A stretch of DNA of 64,000 nt from Histomonas meleagridis 2922-C6/04-290x (lineage: Eukaryota; Protista; Parabasalia). Both the position numbers and the translations under genes were made by a program. This document shows positions 21,871 through 32,307 of the stretch, piece by piece. The stretch's first letter is position 1; every line of letters starts with the position of its first letter. Location: the NCBI GenBank assembly GCA_020184695.1, contig JAANOX010000278.1:434001-498000 (forward strand), written 5' to 3'. The notes beneath the pieces were generated by a model, which ran no database searches, was not told the origin of the DNA, and saw nothing but the letters and a program-made list of their open reading frames with translations.

Positions 21871-21956
21871 TTTGGGGGGTCCGAATATTGATGATTCCCT
21901 TGTGTGCGTTCGGAGGGGCTGCTGCAGAATAGTCTTACAAAAAGTTCAGCACTGAG
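21871..21956 (+). ncRNA. Weak box C/D snoRNA candidate (GC-rich island)
   Basis: TGATGA at 21889-21894 and CTGA at 21952-21955 flank a GC-rich interior with a tccgaa/ttcgga stem. No convincing D'/C' boxes. Confidence 0.2.
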
Positions 21957-21994
21957 TAAAGAATTTGCTAAAAATGTTTATTATAATTAAAATT

Positions 21995-23692
21995 TCAAAT
22001 AGAAGGAAACGGCTGGCTTTCGCACATGATGTCTTGGAGACTTCCCAAGTTATTTGCCAAATAGACAATTGCATTTTGTTCAATTGAATCATTTGTATCT
22101 TTAATGAACTTTTGCTTTTCAACATCAATTTCATGAATAACTCTTTTCGAAATTGAATCTCTTTTTTGAATTGTTTCGTTATGTCGCGTTTGAAAGTCGT
22201 TTTCTAGTACGGAAACATTTTTAGCAATTTCATCATTTTCTTTCGAAGTAGAATTTGTTACTTGTTGATGCTGTTGAGATAACTGCAATAGAACTCTATG
22301 ATGATCTTTAACCCTCGAAATGATATCCTGTAATTCCGCATTTATTTGTGCTTCGAGACCATTAATTGAGTCGAAAGTTTGTTGTTGATATATACCTAAA
22401 ATTGATTCGATTTTCTTAATCGACATTTCTTTCTCTTTGTTCTTATCAGGTTTTGTTATTTCTAATGCGTTTTCTTTTTGTATTATTGGGTTTGTTATGA
22501 ATATTTCATCTTTTTTGGATGCGTAAATTCTTTTCTGTTGTTTTCGTTCAGGTAATTTGGGTTTAATTGTCGTTTGTTGATGTTCCATTTTTAAGTTTTG
22601 TTGGAATTGTGTGCAACGCTTCGAGAATTCGGTTTGAATTGATTTGGGACAATTCTCAACAAGAAACTGAAACTTTAATGGTTTCTTTGTTGTGATTTTC
22701 TCAAACGCAATAAGTTTCTCTTTTGTTGTGAATCGTATTGTTTTGTTACTTGTTGAATTTTCGCATATTTGTGAAAACCTAAACACAAATACGTCGGGTA
22801 AATCAATGGATTTATGTATTATACATGCAACTAATGTGTCTTGGTTTATGTCAAGCCAACCTTCGCCTTCAATTTTAACTCCGTTACAGATAAAACTAGT
22901 AAATTTGACATGAAGAATATTCTTTGACATCGGGATTTTAGCTCTTTGATTAATTAACATAATAAATGAATGAATCGATTCACGAAAATTTGTTGCATTA
23001 ATCGATGAAAAAGAAGATTCAAATTGGCCAAATACATTTTGAAGATGTGGTGACTTTGTAAGACATGACTTAACTCTCCATGTAAATTCTGTGACAAGCA
23101 TTTGCGTTAATGAATCATTAGCTTCTTGTATTAATTTTAAACATTCCGAAATATGAACTTCACTAAAATATTGTGAAAATAATTGTCGATTCTTTGGACT
23201 TTGTGAAATTAATGTAATTAATAATTGAAATAATGATGATAAAACTGATTCTGGAAGAACTAAATTAAACCCTAATTCTCGGGAAAAACGTTCAATGATT
23301 TCTGATAGTATGATATTCTTCATATCTGGATTATTTGAACATATCGTACTAACAACTTTAAGAAAATCTGCAGTTTCATTTTCAAATTGTGCTTTTTCAT
23401 CAAATAGTAACACATTTGTAAGTAAGCCTATATCAGGTACAAGTTCAATGGGTAATGTATCTTTGACAATTTTTAGAAAAAATGAAAATGCCTTTATATG
23501 TTCAGGTTCATTTGGAATATAAGGAAATATTAGCTTTAAATTCATGATTCCTCTTCGATCAAGTCTTCCATGTTTTGTTGAAAACAATGAATTCCTGAAT
23601 TTTTTCCAGAATTCATGGCTGCTCGGATCAATTGGATTGCTCAACAGCGCTTGTATTGATCCCGCTTCATTATTGCCTCCAAGTGTCGACAT
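21995..23692 (-). CDS. Putative SYCP2/Rec10/ASY3-type meiotic chromosome-axis protein (ARM-like, PH-like, C-terminal coiled coil)
   Basis: LIQEANDSLTQMLVTEFTWRV, FSSINATNFRESIHSFIMLIN and GWLDIN parallel recalled SYCP2 motifs (ILDAGDYDLQV..EAL.R, FKRI...EF...C..F.NLVN, WIDFN) in the same order. Confidence 0.6.
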   Translation of the reverse strand: MSTLGGNNEAGSIQALLSNPIDPSSHEFWKKFRNSLFSTKHGRLDRRGIMNLKLIFPYIPNEPEHIKAFSFFLKIVKDTLPIELVPDIGLLTNVLLFDEKAQFENETADFLKVVSTICSNNPDMKNIILSEIIERFSRELGFNLVLPESVLSSLFQLLITLISQSPKNRQLFSQYFSEVHISECLKLIQEANDSLTQMLVTEFTWRVKSCLTKSPHLQNVFGQFESSFSSINATNFRESIHSFIMLINQRAKIPMSKNILHVKFTSFICNGVKIEGEGWLDINQDTLVACIIHKSIDLPDVFVFRFSQICENSTSNKTIRFTTKEKLIAFEKITTKKPLKFQFLVENCPKSIQTEFSKRCTQFQQNLKMEHQQTTIKPKLPERKQQKRIYASKKDEIFITNPIIQKENALEITKPDKNKEKEMSIKKIESILGIYQQQTFDSINGLEAQINAELQDIISRVKDHHRVLLQLSQQHQQVTNSTSKENDEIAKNVSVLENDFQTRHNETIQKRDSISKRVIHEIDVEKQKFIKDTNDSIEQNAIVYLANNLGSLQDIMCESQPFPSI

Positions 23693-24142
23693 CAAAACGA
23701 AATAAATGTTTTAACATCAAACATTTGATGCGAATTAACCGTTTTTACACAAAAAGTGAAAAAAGAAAATAACAAAAAATTATCAAATAAAAAACATTCT
23801 TGAAGAGAAATTCTGAATTAAATATGAAATATTGGATCATCTTCAATGAGAGCGTTGCTCCTTCCGAAAGAATCAATTGATGAGTTAGCTGATAAAAATT
23901 ATAATTTGAATCACACCATATGCTGTCTTTCCCATCTTCTATTCCAATACTTGAAGCAAAAAAATTCTGTACAAAATTTGAATTCATAATTTTGTTTTTA
24001 TGAGAAAATTTTATTAATGTGGTCATACTCATTTGTGAAAAGTGATTTTTTTTAAGTTGTATTCTGAATATTTTAAGGAAAATATAAATTTTTAAAAATT
24101 TTTGATCACAATAATCATTATTAAAAAAACATATTTTGATAA

Positions 24143-24200
<58 letters not shown>
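24143..24200. repeat. Compound microsatellite (TA)n(CA)n
   Basis: Directly visible. Confidence 0.97.
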
Positions 24201-24205
<5 letters not shown>

Positions 24206-24215
24206 AATTACAAAT

Positions 24216-25422
24216 TTATTGAGTAATATTAGGTAATTTTGGTGGGAAAAAAGCATAATTATATTGCAATTGATACAAATATTTAATGTATGCCATCCAA
24301 GAAAATGCCCAAAATGCTTCGCCTATTTCAGGTTTATTGCCTGGTCTATATCGAAATGCTTTTGCGGCAATTTTTAGTTCTTTTCTCATTTCGAGAATTT
24401 GGTCATTCGAATATTCTAAAAGTTGTTCATTTAATTTATTACTTTTATTTTCATTTATACGAATTGTAAATTTAGAATAATTCAATAAAACATTCTCAAA
24501 TGGAAGCTGTGGTGGATAAAAAATCAAAAACAAATACAGGAATACACCCAAAGTAAACAGAATCATAAAATAATTTGTTAAGATATGTCATATCTTTCTT
24601 TTGAAAAACGCAAAAGTCCGAATTACCATAGTATTTTAGCAGTTTTGTATTGGTTCCGAACACTGCTTTTTGTTTAGAATCATGAGAAATTGAAGTTCCA
24701 ATTTGAGATTTTCCTTTTGAATTTGTTTGATTTATGGAAAATTCATGAATAAATATAGTGTGTTTGCGGGTTTGAGTCCAATTAACTTCATCAAAAGGAT
24801 GATCAGGGAAATATGAAACTTGTGGAATAATTATGTTGCGATGACCATACCAGCCTCGGAGAGTTTCGCCGATTTTAGGATTTGGCAACGCAGCAATTGC
24901 ATTTTTTGTGTAGATATATTTGCTAATTTGTAAATTTTCTAAATTGAGATCAAAGTTTGATACAATAACATGATCTAGACCAAGTCTTTTATTATACCAA
25001 GGATTATTAGAACGAACTTCTTTGACGTAATTTAAGGTATCTTTCATATCTTGGAAGGATTGTGTTACAAATGGAAGAAAGAATAAATTTGCTTCTTTTG
25101 GATTTTTTGTAATAATAGGTGATAACATTATTTCACTGCGAAGTTCATCTTCAACAGAATATTGAAAATCTTTGTTATCAGAATTATTAATTTGTTTCAA
25201 ATAATTAGAAACATTATAGCAATATATTTTTATTGGAGGGAAGTGATTATTGAAAAGCTCTATATTTTGAGAATTCTCAGTAAGGGGAATTGATTCCTCA
25301 TTAACTTGTTTAAAATCAAATGGAGTTGATATCATAATAAAAGCGAAAAGGATAAAAATTATAAGAACTGCAATAATTGCATGCTCAAGTCCTTCTACTT
25401 TGGCATCCCGACGCAAGTACAT
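24216..25422 (-). CDS. Exostosin-like GT47 glycosyltransferase split by a 1-nt frameshift at about 24520
   Basis: N-terminal TM; KIYCY, NPKEANLFFLPF, GLDHVIV, SDFC and GCIPV. Removing one base of the 6-nt run at 24518-24523 gives GCIPVFVFDFYPPQLPFE and joins the two ORFs. Confidence 0.8.
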
Positions 25423-25467
25423 TTCAGTTCCCAAAATTCAGAGTCTTTTGATCAGAACCGTTATTAT

Positions 25468-27946
25468 ATGGATTCAAAATGCCTTCCAACAACACTTTCC
25501 TATAAATATGACTTCATTGAAATACCTGAACATGAACAAAATGAACAAGTAGGAGGAATGGAAGTACCTGTTTATATTTCACCTAAGAAAACACCTTTAG
25601 ATAAATATTACAACTCTATTGAAGGTACCATATTTGCTACAAGTAATGCCAAACCAGTAATCAATTGTTTTACCCAAGATAAGTTTCTACCAATATTTAG
25701 ACCTCAAGATCAACCTGATTTATCAACAGTTCCAAATCCAAAAAATTACGCTTCATTTCATGATTTTTCAATGGCCTTTGAACAGTGGTATCGAAAAGCA
25801 ATAGTGTTTTTTTCACCTGTTATATTACCAAATCCATTATCAGGAGAATTTTACCTTATTTCAATGCCAAAGATATTTGAAAGGGATGAACGAAACAATC
25901 CAGGTCGTTTCCGTACATTTAAACCAGAACTTTGGCCTCTTCTTCCACAAAATTATCTAGATATGGTTGATAAAATATATGATTCAAATAGTAAAATTGA
26001 TCCAGATGAACTTTTTAAAGAGCTTCTTAGCACAGGAAACTAATGATAGCGTGTGTAATCAATTTGATTGGGCACCAAAAAATATTAAATATCTCGATCG
26101 AGCTTCTATGAGTCTTCATGAACTATTTGTTGCAGACGTTGACAAATACGCTATCAAACCCAAAACTGATTCAATTTTATGTGTTTTTGATTTAGATGGC
26201 AAACAATTTGTCGATGAAATGATCAATTATGGAATCAAATGGGACTCAATAGAAAAGAATGAAATCATTCGGCCAAATAATTTTCTCAGAGGTGTACCAG
26301 AAAAAGACACACACAATGGTCAGATGTTAATAAGTCGCCGAAAATTTGATTTCAATTTAATTATTAACTTACTTAAATTCAATTACACAAGACAACAATT
26401 TTGCTCTTTAATGGAGACTCAAGTACCAGCTTTGAAAACAAGCGCAGCTATTGCATCTTCTGGAATAATCTCAACAAACGAATTTTTCGGTTTTATCGCG
26501 TCACTTTCTGTCACTTCACCTTATCACAAATACCGTTTGTCGAACTTTTTGTATGCAATTGTCAGAAATAACCCCGACGATACGAAGCTTCTTGATTTTC
26601 TATTGGCAGACGACCGTTTACCTTTTTTCTATCATTTCATTTCTTTAGTGTTTTATAACACACCAAAGAATAAAAATCTTATACCTATTATCAGTGATCT
26701 TAAGAACGAACAAAATTTGAAAATTAACAAATTTTATCTTCTTGAAAATTTTGTCACATTATTTAATGAATGTCTTGGCTATAAATTTTATACCAAATCG
26801 ATTGAAATATGTCATAAGTTAGGATATGAATGTTCTAAATTACTTACTGATCGAAGTTACATTGAGAAAATCAGATCATCACCTGATGAAGATTCATATA
26901 AAGTATTAATGATGATAATTCAAAGTGAAACACCACAACTTCAACGATTACTTTTGGGGAATAACTTCTATCAATGGGTTTCCAAGAATGAGAAATATTC
27001 CAAAATACTTTGGTCAATAGCACATTCTTCGACTATTGAAACGTTTTGTAATATGTTTTCTAAATATGGATTTAATCCACAAGAACTTGAAACGTATTCA
27101 CCTGAAGTCACACGTAACATTTGTTATTTCATTAATAATGTTTGTAATTATATTATTAATTTACCAAACAATTTACATGTTGATTTTTCAGGTGTTTCTT
27201 TAAATTCTATTTTTAAGTCTATTATTATGAGTTCTAATGAGAACATTTCGAAGTTATTAGTTCCGATTTCATTAATAATGAGTGACCCGAAGTTAATTTC
27301 TGATTTTAATTCGAATAAATATCAAGAATTACTTCTTGGTAATTGTGCGATATTATGTGCTGATCTGAATTCGTTATCATTCCCATTATGTTGTGAGCGT
27401 ATTAAAGCATTAACATCATTCACTAAAATCGAAAATTGTTGTGTTACGATGACCGAAATTACTGATTTTAATGAAACAATTGTTGCACTTTTACTTAAAG
27501 ATCAAGATATTACGAGAATGAAAAGTTATTGGAAATTCATTCAACTATTATCGCGTTATCCGAATGTTCTTTCGAACATATTAAGTGCACCGAATGTTAA
27601 AAAATCAATTTCGACAATCATTAAAATGGATAACCCTTTGTTATCGAGAAAATTTTTCGAGTTTTCGAATTATTTGTTTAATAAAAATAAAAACCAAAAG
27701 CTGAAGAAGTTGTTGTTGGATGCAGTAATGCCTTCGATAGGAAGAATCGTAACTATATACCAAACATTTGGCGGAATATATAAAAATGATATAGCACTAA
27801 AACATAAATTCATTTCCTTCTTGTGCGCAGTGTTCGCAATGAAAGGGCAGGAAACAGAGGAATTCATTCAGGCGTTCATTAAGCATTCGAAGGAAAATAG
27901 GTCGGCAATAGAAAAGAAACTGAATTCGTTGAAAAAGAATATGTGA
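25468..27946 (+). CDS. Hypothetical protein with helical C-terminal region, split by a frameshift near 26010-26040
   Basis: Two overlapping same-strand ORFs (25381-26043 and 25967-27946) with continuous coding-like composition. The likely ATG is at 25468. Confidence 0.5.
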
Positions 27947-28305
27947 TTACGGATAATTAAAGTTAGAAATAGAATTAAAGAGTAGAGAAAAAAGGCTTTT
28001 ATTAAATCTTATTTTATGTTTATATTTTTTATTTATAATTCAAATTGTATTTTTGTTCCTAATTTTATAGCGAACCTTAAGCTAACGTAAGCATGCTTTA
28101 GATAAAAGTACCTAATTTTGCATTTTTATTTGTTCACTGTTATACGTATTATGCCTTTATTTAGTTTCATGAAACTACATAAACAATATAATGGATCCTT
28201 CCACATTAATCTATTCTGTTTACCATTATTAATTATACGATTGTAGGGTAAAACAAATTTTATAAAGACAGTTTAATTTTGATTACAAAGGATACTCAGC
28301 TTATG

Positions 28306-28307
<2 letters not shown>

Positions 28308-28336
<29 letters not shown>
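28308..28336. repeat. (TA)n microsatellite
   Basis: Directly visible upstream of the D-serine dehydratase gene. Confidence 0.95.
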
Positions 28337-28451
28337 CTCTGGTATGATTCAGTTATGAGCCCATTTCTGCAGAAAGACAATTTTTATATAAAGTATACAA
28401 ATAAGTATAAAAGTGTCGCAAATAAACTTGTCAAATTATATTTTGCTTCAA

Positions 28452-29792
28452 ATGGACCCCAAAACACTGGAACTTCCCATCATTCAAAAATTATTAAAAA
28501 AGGAAGAAGTTACATGGATTAACCCAAAAATGGTAAACCCACCAGAGGCATTTGAAAATTTCAAATTAACTCTTCAAGATGTATTGGATGCTGAGAAAAG
28601 ACTTCACAGGTTTGCTCCACTTATCAAGAAGATTTTTCCAGAAACAGAAAACACAAATGGAATTATAGAATCACCACTTCAAGAAATACCAAACATGAAA
28701 AATCTCCTTAATGATTTTTGGAAATCCAATTTAACAGGCAACTTATACATAAAAATGGATTCTAACCTTCCAATTGCAGGTTCTGTCAAAGCACGTGGTG
28801 GTATTTATGAAGTTCTTAAACATGCTGAAGATCTTGCATTTTCCCATGGCCTTCTTCAACCAAACGATGATTACACCAAATTATCAGATCCTTCTATACG
28901 ACAATTTTTTTCAACCTATTCCATTCATGTTGGTTCCACTGGTAATTTAGGTTTATCAATTGGTATTATTAGTGCCAGTCTTGGCTTCCAAGTTTATGTC
29001 CACATGTCACGTGATGCTAAGCAATGGAAAAAAGATCTTCTCCGCTCGAAGGGAGTCCACGTCATCGAATATTCTGGCGATTACAACGAAGCGGTTTTAA
29101 ACGGTCGAATCCAATCATCGAAGGATCCGAAAAGTTATTTTATTGATGACGAAAATTCCAATGATTTGTTTTTAGGGTATTCTGTTTCATGCTTACGTCT
29201 TAAGGAACAACTTAAGTCTCAAGGGCTTGAAATTAACAAAGAAAATCAACTTTTTGTATACATTCCATGTGGTGTTGGAGGAGCTCCAGGCGGAATTTCT
29301 TTTGGTTTAAAGCAAGAATATTGTGAGGATGTGCATATCTTTTTGGTTGAGCCTATTGAGGCATGTTGTATGTTATTAGGAATTACATCTGAGCTTTATG
29401 AGAATATATCTGTGAATGATATCGGACTAAGTTGTAAAACTGAGGCTGATGGACTTGCGTGCGCAAAGCCATCCAAATTAGTGTCGAAATTAATGGAGAA
29501 ATTAATGAGCGGTGAGTTTACTGTGGATGATCAAAAGTTGTTCGTTTTCTTGAAACAACTTTTCGATTCTGAGAATATATTTATCGAGCCAAGTTCGTGC
29601 GCTGCTTTTATTGGGCCAACTTTGATCCAAAAGGATGAAAACTGTTTGCAGTATTTGGAAAGAAAAGGAATTAGCGACAAAATGGACAAGGCAACTCACA
29701 TTGTATGGGCAACTGGTGGCGACTTGGTGCCAAGTGAAATCAGAGAAATGTACTACAAAAGAGGACAGGATCTGTACGAGAAAATAAAGTAA
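28452..29792 (+). CDS. dsdA: Bacterial-type PLP-dependent D-serine dehydratase
   Basis: LPIAGSVKARGGIYEVL (PLP lysine), GSTGNLGLSIG, HMSRDAKQWKK, FIDDENS..LFLGY, PCGVGGAPGG, ADGLA and HIVWATGG. Confidence 0.92.
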   Translation: MDPKTLELPIIQKLLKKEEVTWINPKMVNPPEAFENFKLTLQDVLDAEKRLHRFAPLIKKIFPETENTNGIIESPLQEIPNMKNLLNDFWKSNLTGNLYIKMDSNLPIAGSVKARGGIYEVLKHAEDLAFSHGLLQPNDDYTKLSDPSIRQFFSTYSIHVGSTGNLGLSIGIISASLGFQVYVHMSRDAKQWKKDLLRSKGVHVIEYSGDYNEAVLNGRIQSSKDPKSYFIDDENSNDLFLGYSVSCLRLKEQLKSQGLEINKENQLFVYIPCGVGGAPGGISFGLKQEYCEDVHIFLVEPIEACCMLLGITSELYENISVNDIGLSCKTEADGLACAKPSKLVSKLMEKLMSGEFTVDDQKLFVFLKQLFDSENIFIEPSSCAAFIGPTLIQKDENCLQYLERKGISDKMDKATHIVWATGGDLVPSEIREMYYKRGQDLYEKIK

Positions 29793-30244
29793 TTTAATGT
29801 ATAAAGAAATTGTTTTTTATAGCGAATTCCTTGTAACAATTTCATTATCTACATTGTAACTGTTTGCAAATAAATTTTTTCATTTTATTCGATTGGTTTT
29901 AGAGAAAACTAAATATATTATTAATTGTTTTTATAAGAATTAATATACAAGTTGTTAATATCATAATAAAAATATCCTTGAAGTTGTTTTGATTTGATAT
30001 TGTAAAATGATACATTAAATTTCACTAAATTTATGACTACACTCTTTATATACCATCAATCATTAATACAAAAAAATATGTTTTAAACTATTAAATACAT
30101 AATTAAGATCTGCAAGAAAATCTATGAGAATTCTAATTTGTTATAAAATTAATTTTCTGAACGTTCCAACTTTTTGATTGCTGTCAACAACATTTCGTAT
30201 TCTTAAATGGCCGAACACTTATACGCTCAAAATCCATCTTTGCA

Positions 30245-31312
30245 ATGGTTTCTAAACATCTCCCGCTAGAGGAGTGCTATGAAATAATAACTTCTATAGC
30301 TGGCGGCACATGCGGTGATGTAATGAAAGGGAAAGACAAAAAGACAGGCGAAATTGTGGCATTAAAAAGAATTAAAATTATAGATCCAAAAGGAGGTTTC
30401 CCAATGAATGCAATGAAAGAAATTCAATCACTCAAAGAACTTAAACATGAAAACATTGTTCAATTAAGACGGGTTTGTGTTAGTAATTCACAAGAAACAA
30501 ATAGTGTATATTTAATATTTGATTACTGTGAATACGATCTTCAAGGACTACTTTCATTGAAGAAACTAACCCTTCTAGAAGTGAAATGTTATATGCGGCA
30601 ATTAATGAATGCATTAAATGTTTGTGCAGAGCATAACTTCATTCATCGTGATCTGAAGCCTGCAAACCTTCTGTTGACGCCTGATAATGTTGTTAAACTT
30701 GCGGATTTTGGTCTTGTTAAAAAGATTGATCCAAAAGCAGTTACTAATAAACCTATGACACCTAAAGTCATAACAATTTGGTACCGCCCACCGGAGCTTC
30801 TTATGGGTTCTACCAAATATGGTCTTGAAGTTGATATCTGGTCAGCTGGTTGCATATTATATGAAATGATAACAAACGAAGTCTTGTTTCGTTCTTACAT
30901 GGATCAAGAAGCAGATGAACTTTCTGCTATTTTCCGAGTATGTGGTTTTCCTAATGAGGAAATTTGGCCAGGATGGACTAATCTACCAAATTCAAGTCTT
31001 GTCCAAAATATAAAGCCAAACTTTCCTATGTCAACACTAGCGGATCACCTCAATTCTCGGCTGCCCCCAGAGTTTGCTGAGGCTAATGACTTGATCCAAA
31101 AGATGGTTCAATTTGACCCGTCAAAGCGCATCACAGCAAAAGAAGCACTTTTGCACCCGTTTATAGGGGAAAATTTCGAAGAATTTACCCCTGAAAAATT
31201 GGAGAAAATGACTTTCCCAGAAGCTCATCAGTATAATATATCACGAAAGCCGGCACCAAAAAAGACTACAAGAACTCGGCCTAAAAGAGTTGTGCCACCA
31301 AAAATCAAATAG
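30245..31312 (+). CDS. Cyclin-dependent kinase (CDK9/CDK12-like, CMGC group)
   Basis: VALKRI, GFPMNAMKEI, HRDLKPANLL, LADFGL and MTPKVITIWYRPPELLMG. Confidence 0.9.
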   Translation: MVSKHLPLEECYEIITSIAGGTCGDVMKGKDKKTGEIVALKRIKIIDPKGGFPMNAMKEIQSLKELKHENIVQLRRVCVSNSQETNSVYLIFDYCEYDLQGLLSLKKLTLLEVKCYMRQLMNALNVCAEHNFIHRDLKPANLLLTPDNVVKLADFGLVKKIDPKAVTNKPMTPKVITIWYRPPELLMGSTKYGLEVDIWSAGCILYEMITNEVLFRSYMDQEADELSAIFRVCGFPNEEIWPGWTNLPNSSLVQNIKPNFPMSTLADHLNSRLPPEFAEANDLIQKMVQFDPSKRITAKEALLHPFIGENFEEFTPEKLEKMTFPEAHQYNISRKPAPKKTTRTRPKRVVPPKIK

Positions 31313-31595
31313 AATGAAAAATATTGAGTTTTCGGATTTTCCGAAAAAAAACGCGGATTAGCTTCTCTTGCATGTTAGAATTTTTATAATCGTGAAGAGA
31401 AGGCAACTTCGTCAACAAAATGTTATATGTATTTAGAAGAGGTAGATTCTGGTTGACATGAAATAAACTTAAGTCTTTATTAATATGTTCTGTTCTTTAT
31501 TAAAACAAAGAAAAATATAAATAATATGTGAATGGATTCTACAATAGAATGTACCTAATGGTACTTCCAAAATATATTAACATATAATCAATCGT

Positions 31596-32069
31596 CTATT
31601 CGGATGATGCAAAGAACAATTTTCCGATAAGAATCAAAGCTATTAAAAAATAGGAAATTTTGACAATAAAGTCAAATTTAGATGTAACTTCATTTGAGCC
31701 ATTTCCTTGTTCATGCTTGTTGATAGGAGTAAACTTAGAAGGCTGAATTTTTTGAGTTACTTGAGATAATTGAACTTCATTGATTCTAGATGATCCATCC
31801 TTCCATTGAATATTCCTTTTGCTACTGGGAGTAATGGGTTCATTAACACTTGGTAGATATGTATAGTTTCTCTTTGAGCGTGGAAATAATTCAAAATTCC
31901 CACCATTTAAAATCACATTTGCAGATGCTTTGGTTATGCTTTCGACATCATCGCCCACAAGTGATTCTTCATTTCTGTCTTCTTCTTCCAATATAATATC
32001 CGAGTATTCGGACATCTGACCTGTTTTGCCACTTTTAATTTTAAACGGATTCCCTTCAGTGTGCCCCAT
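31596..32069 (-). CDS. Hypothetical tail-anchored membrane protein
   Basis: Hydrophilic body with a single C-terminal hydrophobic helix (ISYFLIALILIGKLFF). Confidence 0.55.
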   Translation of the reverse strand: MGHTEGNPFKIKSGKTGQMSEYSDIILEEEDRNEESLVGDDVESITKASANVILNGGNFELFPRSKRNYTYLPSVNEPITPSSKRNIQWKDGSSRINEVQLSQVTQKIQPSKFTPINKHEQGNGSNEVTSKFDFIVKISYFLIALILIGKLFFASSE

Positions 32070-32307
32070 TTCATATGCATAAGTTATACAAGCTAATTGT
32101 TGATTTGTGTTTTATAGTTCTTAAATTTAAGATGATATATTTATATTTTGGGCAATAGATGTTCTCTTTAATTTTCTAAAACACTAGAAAAAAGAAATTT
32201 TTGTCGGATATCATTCTTTTATTAATCAAAAACAAATATTGTAAACGCTTTATTCCGAAATATTCATTGTAATTTATAAAATTTAATAACCTAAAACCAT
32301 ATGAATT

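Noticed and set aside
23745-24200. 151-aa ORF starting MCVCVCV
   Set aside because: It is created by the (CA)n(TA)n microsatellite and AT-rich intergenic DNA.
26041-26049. Three consecutive stop codons TAA TGA TAG
   Set aside because: Explained as the out-of-frame reading of T-N-D-S codons in the downstream ORF; not treated as a signal.
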